Assembly (NCBI GenBank): GCA_013239625.1
Contig: MU053379.1
Coordinates: forward strand, 1,358,974-1,422,973
From: Lama guanicoe
Taxonomy: Eukaryota
DNA length: 64,000 bases
Direction: 5' to 3'
Part shown: one piece after another, positions 11,521 to 24,140 of the stretch
Position numbering within the stretch: position 1 is the stretch's first letter
Layout of the letters: every line of letters begins with the position of its first letter
Program-made: the position numbers and the translations under genes
The notes under the pieces: generated by a model
Seen by the model: the letters and a program-made list of their open reading frames with translations, nothing else
What the model was told of the DNA's origin: nothing
Database searches by the model: none

Positions 11521-13580
11521 AAAAATCAATGGAAATAGAGACTGAAAAGACAATAGAAAAGATCAAGGAAACTAAGAACTGATTCTTTGAGAAGATAAGC
11601 AAAATTGACAAACCTTTAGCTAGACTCACTCAGAAAAAAGGCTTAAATAAAATCAGAACAAAAAAGGGAAGAAATTTACAGTGACTACCACAGAAATACA
11701 AAGGATTAAAAGAGACTACCAGGACTGGCTATATGACAACAAATTGGACAACCTAGGAGAACTGGGTAAATAGCTAGCTTGATATGTCTTCCAAATAAGA
11801 ATCATGAAGAAATTGAAAATGTGAATAGACCAATGACTAGTAAGGAGATTAAAACAAAGCGGCAATCAAAAAGCTCCCAAGAAACAGAAACAGACGGCTT
11901 CACTGCTGAATTATAGAAAACATTTAAGGAAGAATTAAAACCAGTCTTTCCCAAACTCTTTAAAAATATTGAACAGGAGTGAACACTTCCTAATTGATTC
12001 CATGAGGCTAGCTTACCCTGATACCAAAACCAGACAAGGACAACACACAGAAAGAAAAATATAGAACATAGACCAGCCTCTCTGATGATACAAAAATCCT
12101 CAATGAAATATTAGCGAACTAAATACTACAATGTTTTGTTTTGTTTTTTAAATCATATACCATGATCAAGTGGGGTTTATCCCAGGACTGCAAGGATGGT
12201 TTGACATCCAGAGATCAATCAGCACGTTACACCACATTAACAAAATAAAGAATAAAAACCATATGATCATCTCAATAGATGGATAAAAAGCACTTGACAA
12301 GATTCAATATCCAGTTATGATAAAAACTCACTAAAATGGGTATAGAGGGAACATATCTCAACATATATGACAAACCCACAGCGAACACCATCCTCAGTGG
12401 TGAAAAACTGAAAGCTGTCCCTCTGAGGTCAGGAACAAGACAATGATGCCCATTCTTGCCACTCACTGAACACAGTAATTGATGTCCTAGGGACCAGTAA
12501 GGAAGGAAAAGTCGTCCGAACTGGAAAGAAAGTAAAACAGTACAGATGATATGATTTTATGTGTAAAAACCCTAAAGCCCCCATCCCAAGAAAAAAGCTT
12601 ATAAATAATAAATGAATACAGTAAAGTTGCAGGGTACAAAACTGATATACAAATATACAAAAATCTGCTGTTTCTATACACTAACAGTGAGCTAGGAGAG
12701 AAATTAAGTAAACAAACCCATTTGTAATTGCAGCAGAAAGAATCAAATACCCACAAGTATAATATAACCAAGGAGGTGGAAAACTGAAAGACATTGTTTA
12801 AAGAAATCGAAGAAGATGCAAATAAATGGAATGATACCACATGCTCATGGATCAGAAGAATTAACATTGTCAAAATGCCCATATTAACAAAAGCAATCTA
12901 CAGATTCAATGCAATCCCTATCAAAATCCCAAGCACATTTTTCACAGAAATAGAACAAAAGAAATCCTTAAATTTGTATGTAATCACAAAAGATGAAGAA
13001 TTGCCAAAGAAATACTGAAGAAAAAGAACCAAGCTGGGGGAACAACCCTCCCAAATTTTAACAATACTACAGAGCTACAGTAATGAAAACAGTGTGTGGT
13101 ACTGGCACAAAACCAGACATGGATCAATGGAACAGAACAGAGAGCCTAGAAATAAACCCACAGACCTATGGTCAATTAATCCTTGATAAAGGAGGCAAGA
13201 GTGCAATGGAGTAAAGACAATCTCTTCAGCAAGTGGCGTTGGGAAAGCTGGACAGTCACATATAAATCAATGAAGTCAGAACACTCACATCATACACAAA
13301 AATAAACTTAAAATGTCTTCAAGACTTAAACATAAGATAAGACGCTATAAACCTAGAAGAAAACATAGGAAAAACATTGTGACCTAAATCTTAGCAATCT
13401 TTTCCTAGGGCAGTCTACCCAGGAAATAGAAATAAAAACAAAAATAAACAAGTGGGACCTAATTAAACTTAACAAGCTTTCGCACCGCAAAAGAAACTGT
13501 AAACAGAATAGAAAGACAACTTATAGAATGGGAAAAAATATTTGCAAACAGTGACTGACAAGAGCTTAATAGCCAGAATG
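11521..13580 (+). mobile_element. L1 ORF2 (RT and downstream region) remnant with deletions; right part of the host L1
   Basis: Motifs ACCCTGATACCAAAACCAGACAAGGAC and CATGATCAAGTGGGGTTTATCCCAGG; ORF 12794-13018 reads [10 protein letters not shown]...[29 protein letters not shown]. Confidence 0.92.
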
Positions 13581-14159
13581 GTCTCTGTCCAAAAGCCAGA
13601 TTTGTTCTCCCCTATCAAAATTACGGGTGAAAAGTACTTACTGGATACGGCAATTTACTGAGTATCTACTCTGTGCCAAACACATCACTTCTGCTCTCAA
13701 TTTTTTTTGCTTATTGGAGTGGGGGTAGTTCGTGCTTTGAAAAAATGTATAGAAAAGAGAAAAGTTGAAAGTGGATAGAGTTGAAAGAAATTTTTTTGTT
13801 TTTGAGGTGTGTGCTCATTTGTATGATGAAGACTGAAAAACAACAGAATGAAAAGGGAGTGAGATGGAGGAGAGTTAGAGCGTAGTTGACAGGACAGTCT
13901 CCTGATGAGGCAGCAAGGAATGGGGCCCACAGCCCAGTGGCGGGATTAGCTGAGACGCGGAGGGGATTCACCTAGATAGGGTCCAGGAAGGAGAATATGG
14001 AAGATGAGTTGTCGGGGTAGACAGGTGGTACCCTCAAACATCTGAGAGCTTGAGGAGGAATGGAATTAACCTTTACAAGTGCCATCTGAAGTCTATGTAA
14101 GGCAGGCGTTACAATTTTACTAGAGAGAACTTTGCTTGGGAGAAATTGTCTTCTGTTCT

Positions 14160-14600
14160 CTCACGTGGTTAGGTAAGGCCGTCCGAGTCCGAAGCCCGGC
14201 GCGACGCGCTGGACTACAGGTTCCAGGATGCATCGCGGCCAGCGCAGGAAGCGGCCACCTAGGACGGCTCCCCACTGGAGGCGGCGGAGGCGGCTCTGAC
14301 GCGCCGACCGGAAGGCCCGCCTCCGCCCCGCGTCTCGGAGGAGCTGGGTATTCCCGGGCGGCGCCATGCGTCCGGAGCAGGCCCTGGCTTGGTACCGGCG
14401 GATGTCCGTGGTCTACGGCTTGGGCGCCTGGACCGTACTGGGCTCATTGATATTCTGGGGTAAGAGAAAGAGCACGCCGCCAGGTACGTCTCTCCGGCAG
14501 GACCTTCCGCGGGACGCGCGGCCTTACGTGGGGCGAATCCAGGAGGTCGTAGCGGTGGCTTCGCTGTGCCGCACCCCCAGGTTTATTCTGCGAAAGTAGT
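14160..14600 (+). promoter_or_regulatory. SMIM26 CpG-island promoter with E-box, ZNF143/SBS-like motif, ETS site and GC box
   Basis: CpG-dense; TCACGTGG 14161-14168; ACTACAGGTTCCAGGATGCA 14213-14232; CCGGAAG 14308-14314; CCGCCCC upstream of the ATG. Confidence 0.75.
14366..14483 (+). CDS. SMIM26: SMIM26 coding exon 1 (MRPEQALAWYRRMSVVYGLGAWTVLGSLIFWGKRKSTPP; one TM segment)
   Basis: GCGCCATG start; AWYRRMSVVYG matches recalled SMIM26; donor CAG|GTACGT, phase 1. Confidence 0.93.
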
Positions 14601-14889
14601 GTGGGCGGTTGCTCAGGGCCGTGTGTTATCATGCAATCCTCCTGGAACGACCTTCCAGATCCTCTTAACTAAATCTTGTGTGCCGAACGAGACTGTCCCT
14701 ATCCTCAGAATTCGGAGAATCTGTATGAGGTTCCAGGGGTCGGTGATTTCAAGAGGCGACGCTTCTCTAGCCCTCGTGAGAGAGCAAACAATTGCAGCAC
14801 TTCTACCAGCTAAGGAGTAGTAAAGCCTTTCCAGTGACTGAGGGAAAAGGAAAGCCCTGAGCTTTCAAAAATTTTCAGGGAATCTTTGG

Positions 14890-15105
14890 GGTCGTCTAGG
14901 TTAGTGGTTGCCTGGGGCTGAAGGGGAGGAGTTGGTGGTGAGCGACTGCTAAAAAGTACGGGGTTTCTTTTTGTAGATGAAAATATTCTAAACTTTATTT
15001 TGATGCTGGTTGCACAGATCTGAATGTACTAAAGAAATCACTGTATATTTTAAGTGAGTTAGTAGTATGATAAGTATATCCAGTAAAGCTTTTTATGTAA
15101 AAACT
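14890..15105 (+). mobile_element. Old L1M 3' end in the SMIM26 intron
   Basis: TTAGTGGTTGCCTGGGGCTG...GATGAAAATATTCTAAACTT...GGTTGCACA...CCAGTAAAGCT. Confidence 0.65.
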
Positions 15106-15363
15106 GTGCTGAAGATTACATTTGGTGTTGAAGATTACTGATGGCCTGACAGTACGCACCTCCAGTATTGAGCATTTTAAAACATTCCAGTCTCTTTAGT
15201 GCTCATTTAAAAATTTTTCTTTTTTAAAGAAAGAAAAGTAGTGTCAGGAATTTGTTGGGGGCGGGGGTACTTAGTTTATTTTCAAGACTTCACTAATATT
15301 TTTAATGGGTGCTGTCTAAGTTAAAAATTAGTAATGCAGGTGTTCTATTTTTTTTTTTCTAAG

Positions 15364-15530
15364 GCGGTGAAGTAGAGCAGAAGGATGTCTTAACAACTGA
15401 AATATCTGAGTCCCCAAAAGGGTTTTATGTGGAAACGATTGTCACATACAGAGAAGATTTTGTTCCACTTTCTGCCAGGATCATCAACTATTTGAAGTCA
15501 TGGACTGGTGGCCCTGGACCAGAATCATGA
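15364..15530 (+). CDS. SMIM26: SMIM26 coding exon 2 (GGEVEQKDVLTTEISESPKGFYVETIVTYREDFVPLSARIINYLKSWTGGPGPES*)
   Basis: Poly-T acceptor ...TTTCTAAG; frame fits exon 1 (118+167=285 nt, 94 aa plus stop); PKGFYVET and KSWTGGPG motifs. Confidence 0.93.
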
Positions 15531-15665
15531 TCGACTGCTGGATTCTGAAAACAAGACTGGTTTAGCATACAAATTTGATAGATACCTTGATTTCCGTTTA
15601 ATGTTTGTGAAAAGTATATACATTTGATTTAATTTTGCTGTAATATATAATCACAAATAGTATAC

Positions 15666-15671
15666 AATAAA
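15666..15671 (+). terminator. SMIM26 polyadenylation signal AATAAA
   Basis: AATAAA ~135 nt after the TGA. Confidence 0.7.
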
Positions 15672-16484
15672 GATTTCCTTGAGGAAAAGTCAATTTGCAT
15701 ATTTAAGAGGTGTCCTGTACTCAGAGGAGTGTAAGATTGAAGTGAAATTTCATATTAAGCTTCCATAAACTCAGTTTTCTGAGACTAGTTCATGTAACTA
15801 TGCTTTCACGTTGCTGTCAGACACAGCTTCTGTGGTCTCCTTAGGGTTAGATTCAGCAAATGTCCATGGTCAGCTCGGGACTTACAGCAGTCCTTTGGGC
15901 ACTGTTGGGTGCTTGGTGAGTATGTGATGAATTAGATTATTAACTCCTGAGTTAAATAGACTCGATCTCATCTTTAGGAGCAATACAGAGACCCTCATCC
16001 CTTCAGCAGGCACGGCCTGAACCTCGGCTGTGGCTCCCAGTACAGTCCAGAAGCGGGGCTGCAGTCAGCACGGCGTGCTTCCTGCCCTAGAGTGCTGCAG
16101 TGTTCTCTCCACTGGTCTTGTCTGGTTGCAAGTAACCAACCCGCCTAAGTGAGCTCAAATCAGAAAGGGGCGATTATCGAAACTGCGCATGGACAGCTCA
16201 GGTGGAGTATGTTGAGGTCTTCGCAGGGCCTGGCAGCTGCCTGGGGCTTGTCTGCCTTGTTCCTTTCTCGCTGCACCCCCGTTTTCCTGCTCTGTTATTT
16301 CTGCAGTAACAGAGCTAGCTCTGGAAGACATCGCTTCCCAGCTGTGGTGCCTAAGTCTGATCAGCCTCCTCCCAGCCCAGAGTTTGGCTTCTGCCCCTGT
16401 GAGAGACTCGGTTCACTCTTTATGCCAGCCCTGCCCTGTGGATCATTGAGTTCTGCTTCGGTTATTAAGAAACTAGCATTCGTT

Positions 16485-16868
16485 TAAAAGATCATGGTTT
16501 CCAGAGGTTTGGGGAGAGGGAGGGAGGGAGGGATGAATAGATGGAGCCCAAGGGATTTTTAGGGGAATGAAATTATTCTGTAGGATTCTAAAGTGGTGGC
16601 TACATGTCACTATGCATTTGTCAAAACCCACAGAATGTACAACAGCAAGAGTGAACCCTGATGTAAACGATGGACTTTGATTGATGATAACGTGTCCATG
16701 TTGGTTCATCGATTGTACCAAATATGCCACGCTGATGAGGGATCTTGAGGGTCGGGGAGTATATATGTGTGAGTGGGGAAAGCTATGTGCAGTTTGCTGT
16801 ATTTTCTTCTCAACTCTGCTGTGAACCTGAAACTGCTCTAAAAAAATTAAGTCTGTTAATAAGAAAAG
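16485..16868 (+). mobile_element. L1MC-type 3' end
   Basis: CATTTGTCAAAACCCACAGAATGTACAACAGCAAGAGTGAACCCTGATGTAAAC...GTGAACCTGAAACTGCTCTAAAAAAA. Confidence 0.8.
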
Positions 16869-17121
16869 CATTCATTTCCTATGTGGGTTGCACTTCTTGT
16901 TCATAGTTATTTGGGATCCTGCAAGGAATAGGGATGCCTGGTAGGAGGGGAATTAAGCATTTCTGGGTCCTGCTACAGTACTGTCACCTTCAAACCTTGG
17001 CTTGATTTCTCCTTGATGCCCTGAGTGGTGCTTTGGTGCAGTCAACCTGAGTGACAGATTCCACGATAGGAAGTAACAGCTTTAGGTGCCAGCAGCAGAG
17101 CTTCAAGGAATGTCAAAGGTC

Positions 17122-17224
17122 GGGGCGGGGGGGTAGTGGGTGTAGCCCAGGGATAGAGCACGTGCTCAGCATGTACAGGGACCTGGGTTCAATCCCCAAT
17201 ATCTCCACTGAGGGGGAAAAAAAA
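17122..17224 (+). mobile_element. tRNA-derived SINE (camelid Vic-1 type)
   Basis: Pol III A/B boxes TAGCCCAGGGATAGAGCA...CCTGGGTTCAATCCCC and A tail. Confidence 0.8.
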
Positions 17225-18679
17225 TGGGTCAGTGCCAGCAGGGTGGATGCCCCAGTGGGCCCCTGTGATTGGTCCTGTGACCAAACATGAACAGGAAGCA
17301 GGATGCTGTGGTGGACGGGAGATGAGAGAGGCGAGTGAGTCAAGTGTGGGAGAAGGGTAACAGTGACGTGAACCTTTCGGAAGACATTTCCCAACTTCAG
17401 GGACTCAGAGGAATGCACGGAAAGGGGAGGACTGGGGGATGTGTGGCATTTGGCAGGTGAGAGCTGCTAATAGGCAATAGGTGACACGTTAAGATACACA
17501 GCTAGACTTGAATCTCACCTGGCAGACAGTTACCCAGGATCCGTAAACTGGTGGGGGCCACAGGGATTGGGGGTTAGCTTTCCTTGGGGCTTGTCTGGGT
17601 TTATTTGGTAAATAGAACCTCATCGTCCTCTCTTATTTCAGCCCAGGACTCCCCTGAGCTCAAGATCTGTATCCATCTGGCATGGCCACATGGAGGTCCT
17701 TTGGCCGCGGGAAACTCATTCAGAACTGAAGTCGCTGTCTTCACCCACCAGCCTGCTCTTCCTGCTCTGTCTCAGGGAGTCCTCCCTCGGTGGTTCAAAT
17801 CAGAACCCCACCATTTTACACTTCTCCCTTCCTTTTCCCTCTCGCTCGTCCAGCCCCCACGGCCTGGCATTTCCGCTCCGTCCCCCACTTCCGCACTGCC
17901 TTTGCCCTGGCCTCCCCTTCTTTGCTTATGTGGCTTCAGCTCTTTACAGTCCCCTTATCTCTGCTTTTAGTCCCTCCAGTTGGTTCCCACACTGTTAGCC
18001 AGCATGACTTTGTTTTTCTTTTTTTTTCAGCATGACTTTTTAGAAATGAACTTTAAAATTTTTATCAAAGCAACAAATGTTTATAATTTAAAAAATTCCC
18101 ATAGTGCTCAAAAGCTTATAACAAAAAAAGTCTCATGCTTTGCCCCTCCATCCCCGTCCTGTGCCTTAAAAGTAACCACTTTTCAACTATTAGCGATTTT
18201 TTCTGATATTTACCTCCATATTTCAAAAGAAAAGCTTTTACTAATATCTTTGATTTATCAGTCACATAGGATGTATTAATGAGGATTTGACCCTCCCCAA
18301 CACTTCCTTTCCAGCTGTCTTCCCAATAAAGCTAATTGGATTTTTTGTTTGAGTCATTCATATTGCCCTTGTTTTAACTATGCAAATACAGTTTGTTCCT
18401 AAGCCAAGGAATAAGCTCTAAATGAGTTCCTTATGTAACTTCTCTTCCTGGAGTTAACTGCATCCTTTTATCCATTGGCTTATTTCCCTTTATACTTACC
18501 TCCAGTTCTTTGTGCACCCTCCAACCTCTGCATCTAATTTCCACACGAACCCCTTTAACACTTGTTTTCTTTTTCTTTTTTAACCTTGGGGTGCTTTGTC
18601 CTTTGTCTTCGATCTGGACTGATAGCCTCTGCTTTTGCTCCGCACGTCTTTTTCTGTGTTACTTCCTTTGCCATCTTAC

Positions 18680-20047
18680 GTTAGATCACCCTGGTGGGGC
18701 TTAGCAGGACACGGAGAACTGGAGCCAGCTCGTGCTGGCCAGGAACTCGGGGAAGGACAGTGGAGAACTCCCAGAATTCAGGGGAACCTAGCTGGAGACG
18801 GTGCAGCTGGGACTGGAGCCCCAAATGTAAGGCTGGATTGCGGTACAGGCTCTTTGGGAACAGTGTGATGCTGGGGGCAGGCCACTGCTGCCGGCATCCT
18901 GCCTCCGGGACCTCTGACTGCAGGGTTTCTGAGTGGCTTCCCAGAGCAGCCTGCTTGTCATCAATCACTTCTGAGGCTCAGTTTTGTGCAGGATACTTAA
19001 CCGACGGTGTCTTGGTCACACGCCCAGGCACTAGCTGCGAAGGAGACTGGAAAAGTGAGTTTCTGGCTGCTCGGTTAGGGATGTGTTGACTTTCAAAGTG
19101 AGATGTTCCACGGATGTAGGAAGGATGTTCACAACACGATGGGCAGGCAGATACCCCGACAAATGTCCACTCCGGGCCGCAAGCTGGACTTTCTCTGGAG
19201 GTCAGTTTCCCCAGAGACGGCTTCTCTGCCTCGGGGTGGGTGGTAGGGATTGTGGGAGCTGAGTGCAGGAGGGGCTGGGGCTTGCTGAGAATAAAGAATT
19301 TGAGGCAATCCAGTGCCATTTCCCCATCCTCTGGTGGGACCCGTGAGTAACTCCGAGCAGAAACGGCAAGTCTCCTGAGAGAGCGTAGGGAGGTCACTGG
19401 CCCTGGAGCGGGCGGGGGAACGGGGTCCCATCTGCTTTTCTCACAGACCCACATGGCCCTGTTTTCAGCCCACCTTCCACCCCGCTTCCAGGGTACCTGT
19501 GGCCGCCAGTTCCTGAACCTTTTCAAGTTTCTGTGTGGCCAGTACCTGATTTCTCATCAGCGTCCCCTTCGCAGAACCTGCCAAAGATTCTTTGCTCAAC
19601 CAAACTTCAGTCCAGCGCCTGAACCTCCTCCGAGGCCCATCTGTGCACCTTGTAAAATCCAGTTTTGGTAATAATTCTGCTGCATCATTTAACCAGACCC
19701 CCCCCCCCCTTCCTTCTTTGTTCCTCATCTTCCACCATCTCCCAGATGGTCTCTGCTCACCCAGGCCTGTCTTCAGCCAGAATCCTGCTGAATCAGTCTA
19801 GCCAGAACCCCTCTTTCCCTGATGTTTCCTGTTAATAATTTCCTGTCCACTGACCCCACCCTGCTCCTTGGCGCTCCGTTCCCCCCAGGGCTCCTGTTCC
19901 TGGGCTGTGCTTGGAGTTGAGCCCACTCTCCCTCAGCCTGGAATCCCACTGCAGAGGTCCCCGCGCCATCCCCACAGCCCCTGCCCCGAAGGAGGCGCCC
20001 TGCCGTGCTTTAACGAGGGTCCTCGAATGTTCTTTTTTTCTTTAACA
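18680..20047 (+). mobile_element. ERV1-class remnant: internal fragment plus MER31-like LTR (~19580-20047)
   Basis: AGAATCCTGCTGAATCAGTCTAGCCAGAACCC resembles recalled MER31; ends TTTTTCTTTAACA. Confidence 0.55.
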
Positions 20048-22214
20048 GCCTTTAGGTTTCTGGTTCTTCACCTCCACTGGGTTAGTCACCACTTCTCCAT
20101 CTGATTGCTCTCTCTATCAAAGCTTGTGCTTTGGGTAGACAGATGGCCCCTGGTCTCATCAGAGTGGAAGTTTGTGTTTATGCATAAAAAGAAATTAAAA
20201 TACATGTATTTTTTCCTGCTGGGCTTCAAACATTCTGGCGAACTCTGCTTTAAATGCCCGAATCAGACTATTGAAGGTTAAGTATACAGTCTATCATCAT
20301 TTCCAGAATGACAGGTACGGCCCAACGTAACATACAGTCGTGAAACTATGCATAGGTCGTTTGCTTCGAGACCATTTCTGAGAGCCCCTGTGTGCCGTGT
20401 CCTCCTCGCCACAGTCCTGAGGAGAAGGTATTATCCCTGTGTTTCAGACAGGAAGACTGAGGCTAAACCTTACTTCCTATGGTCACAGAGAAAATGGCGG
20501 AGCTTGGACAGAAACCAAAAGTTTGAAGATTTTGGCATCATACCAACTTCCTCTTGTAAAGCCAAGATGGAGAGCACAAGCTTCGAAAAGAAATACAGAT
20601 GTTTACTTTTCTAGAACCCAAATGCGAGAAAACTCAAATTACCAGAATGTTTCATGCTTTTGTGAGCACCAGATCACAAGTAAAAAACTCCTGTCAGGGA
20701 TCGAGTGAAAACAAATCTTAAATTCAGTGGATGTGGGGTAGTTTGCAGTTTGGGCACGAATGGTAGCCGTCAGCTATTGTTTATCTGCTGTCTGACAGAT
20801 GATGGCTGATGATTTGGGACAAAGCACCGTCCTGTGCCATCGCACAAGGGCCGAATATGCAAAGAGTTTTTAGTATGAAGTGTGCTTTATTTTATTCTGC
20901 TGCTAAAAAAAGTTATAGCCAGGCAGTGGTATTACACAGATGTTTCCCGTAGTACGACCAACTCGGAAGCAGAAGCTAGCCAGCTCGCTTCCCCTCATTT
21001 TCCTTCATTTGTTTGTTCATCTCTTCCTGTCGCATCTGAAGTGCCGCTAGTCCTCGCCCTGCAGGGAACGTGAGAGTAGCTGCCAAGTTCACGTTCACAG
21101 GGCCGGGCTGGACAGTCACTTCCTTGTCTCGGATTTGTATCAGGTCAGTGATATTTACCATTTGAAATGTTGGAAATGGTTGGTTCATCAGCACGGTTAT
21201 CCTCAGAAAAGTCCTCCTGTCTGGAATTGGTGGCAGACTCTTGTCTTTTTCTTCCACAGGAGAACTCGCCAAAGCCTGTGGCCTCTTTGACCGGAAGTTG
21301 GGGCCAAGTCCCCAGGGGAGCGATGAGCCACCTCCTGGCCTTGTACTCCCCTTCCTGACGTCCCCTCCCGCCGGGGGAGCGGGAACGTGGCCGTGAGCCT
21401 TCATGGACCGTTTAGAAGAACACAGCTCCTGAGGGATGGAAGGTCAACAGAACCAAAGGAACTCGCTTTTCTGGCCCCGCGGAGGACCACAGCCGCCCAG
21501 GGTTTTATGCGAGAAAGAATGAGCATCTATAAAATTAAAGCCATTGTTGCTTGGGTCTCTGTTACAGTAGGTGTAGCTCTAAGCAAATCACATCTGCCCC
21601 TTCATTTCTTTAAAAAAAATTAACCCTAACATTCCATGATAGAAAAATCCCCTGTTTTCTGAGCTTCGGTTTCTTCTATCCTGTGCACTAACAGGGTTTG
21701 ACTTTCAAATGAGAAAGTGCTTTGTGCACGTGCTGTTATTCTTAGGAGTGAAATACGTCTTAGATATTCCTGAGAATCAGGTGTGAAATGCCTTCTTTCT
21801 TACAAGTCCAATCCCTCCTCTGGTCCTGCCACTGCTTTGCTTTCGTCCCTGTGGCGCCTGCTTCTCTCACCAACGCTCGCCAGGCCTCTGAGAGCAGGGC
21901 TCACACTGCCGTTTACTCCTGTCTTCGGCACGGCAGACTAGCAGTGTGTGTCAAAACGGAAAGTGGCTCATCCTTTGATCCAGCAATCCCACTTCCAAGA
22001 ATTTAAGAGAGAACTGAAAAGACGTAGGGAGAAGCCTTTTCAGTAAAACTCGCTCAGCATGGCCGTGAGCAGTACAGCCCTCTGGCAGACCCTGCTCGCC
22101 GCCTTCCTGACGCCCAGGGCTCCCCTTCCTCTTTCACAGCAGAGCCCTGAACCCATCCCGTCACGTGCTTCAGGGCGACGGCCCAGTCCCAGCGGCCAGG
22201 TCCTGGTTGGTCCG

Positions 22215-22410
22215 AGTCCTGTTTCTTGAAGGAGGCACCGCAGGCTCTGTAGATGGGACAGTGCGTTCTGTGGGTTGCCCCAGGTGTCGCAAGAGCTTTA
22301 GCATTTCAAGATCCCTGGGCACCAAATGCCAGTAGCGACCTTCAGACCCCCTCCCCGTGCATATCTCCAGTAACCCCCCTGGGGGGCTGTATCCCCGCAG
22401 TGAGAACCTC
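22215..22410. mobile_element. hAT-type MITE remnant (MER20/MER5-like)
   Basis: GGTTGCCCCAGG...TTTAGCA...CCCTGGGCACCAAATGCCAGTAGC; ends near TGAGAACCTCT. Confidence 0.45.
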
Positions 22411-22659
22411 TTGTCTGAGGCAGTCACGGGCTGTGTGTCCCAACTCACTCACTAGTGATGGGGTTAAGTGTGGTCATGTGGTCTCCTTCTGGCTAGCGAA
22501 GCATGAGGGCCTCTGGACAGGACGCCCTAGCTGCAGGGGAGGCACCAGGACAAGACGGTCTCCTGTGCCTCTGGACGCTGTGCCTGGATAGGATGCCTGG
22601 TACGGCCACAGCCATACCGTAAGTCTATGATACTTTTTTAACCCCAAAATCAAGTTCGC

Positions 22660-23300
22660 ACAACATTTACTCCCTCAGCAGTACTCTCTGAGCTCCGGGC
22701 ACTGCTAGACACTTAGGATATGATGGTGAACTCAGCGGGACAGGCGCTGGAATGATTGAAAGTCTCCAGAAGGTGATGAGGGAAAAAAAACCCAGGGTAG
22801 TGATGGACTATGACAGGGAACCAGAGGCCTTTTTTGTCTGTGTGGTCAGAGAAGTTCTCTCTGATGAGGAGGCTGCAAACTTAAAAGAAGGAGAGGAGCG
22901 AGGTGGACAAAGAGCGGTGGGAGGAAGCGCATCCCAGCTGGAGGACCAGCAGACGCTGAAGTCCTGCGGTAGGAACATGGATTATTTGAGCAATTTAAAG
23001 AAGACCGGAGTCTGGGATGTGAAGACTTGCATACTCTAGGAACGTCACTTTTGTCTCTCTTGGAGAATGGACTGGGGGAGACCCAAGTGGCAGTAGGGAG
23101 GCCGGCGAGACAGGTGTTGTAGACACGCAGGCGAGAGCTGATAAGGGCGCAGAGAAGGGTGACACGGGCTGGACAGAAGACGGCAGGCTGGGGTATGTTT
23201 TGGAGAGGGAGGAGACTTGATGGGCTAGATTCTTGGGGAGACGGAAAGAGCAATTATGGGTGACATGGATGAGTAAACAGTGGAGCCATTTATTAAATTT
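22660..23300. mobile_element. L2 remnant (purine-rich on +); resumes at ~24146-24480
   Basis: CTGGGCACTGCTAG-like start, GTGGTCAGAGAAGTTCTCTCTGATGAGG, GTATGTTTTGGAG, GGAGCCATTTATT. Confidence 0.55.
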
Positions 23301-23301
23301 A

Positions 23302-23451
23302 GTTTTTTTTCAGCAACAACCACTTTCTTTGTTTGTTGTTATTGTTGTTTTGGGGGGGAGGTATTCATTTTTTAACGGAGATACTGGGGGTTGAACCCAG
23401 GACCTCGTGCATGCTAAGCACACACTCTACCACTGAGCTGTTCCCTCCCTC
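23302..23451 (-). mobile_element. Vic-1-type SINE
   Basis: GGGGTTGAACCCAGGACCTCGTGCATGCTAAGCACACACTCTACCACTGAGCT; T-rich tail on the left. Confidence 0.88.
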
Positions 23452-23474
23452 TGAGCTATTGATTTAAATCAGGA

Positions 23475-24140
23475 TGGCCTAGCTGGCACTGACTACCTGG
23501 ATTTAGCACAGACTCTGCAAGTCTAAGGGCATGTCCTGAACAGGCTGCCCTCACTTCAGATGCCAGGGGCACTTCGGGGGTCCCCAAGCTACCTCTACTT
23601 CTGACCAACCGGCTACAAATTTGGGAGTTCCCATGACTCCTTCACGTTTGATAATTTACTGCAGTGACTCACTGACCTCAGGAAAGTATTTTACTTACAA
23701 TGACAGCTTTATTGTAAAGGATACAAATCGGGACCAGCCAGGTGAAGGGACCAGATCTGTGGGGTCTGCAGTGCAGAGCTTCTGTGCTCTCTCCCTGTGG
23801 GAATAGGGTGCAGCCTCTTCCAGCTCCCCAGTGTATTCACCAGCCAGGATGCTCTGCTAAGCTTCAGTGTCCTCAGCTTTTATTGGGGGTTCCATCTCAT
23901 AAGCACAATGGATTGAATCATTTGCCATATCACTGAACTTAAGTCCCCAGCCCCCATCTCTTCAAAGTCCCAACCCTCTTAACCACATCATTGGCCTTTT
24001 TGGTGACCACTCCCATCCTGAACCATTTCATTAGGGGCATGATTAACAAAGACACTCCTATCGCTTGGGAAGTTCCAAGGATTTTAGATGCTCCATGCCA
24101 GAAACCCAGAGCAAAGACCAGACCCGTCCTTTGTCACACA
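23475..24140. mobile_element. MER21-like LTR
   Basis: GCTGCCCTCACTTCAGATGCCAG...CTTCTGACCAACCGGCTACAAATTTGGGAGTTCCCATGAC resembles recalled MER21. Confidence 0.65.
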
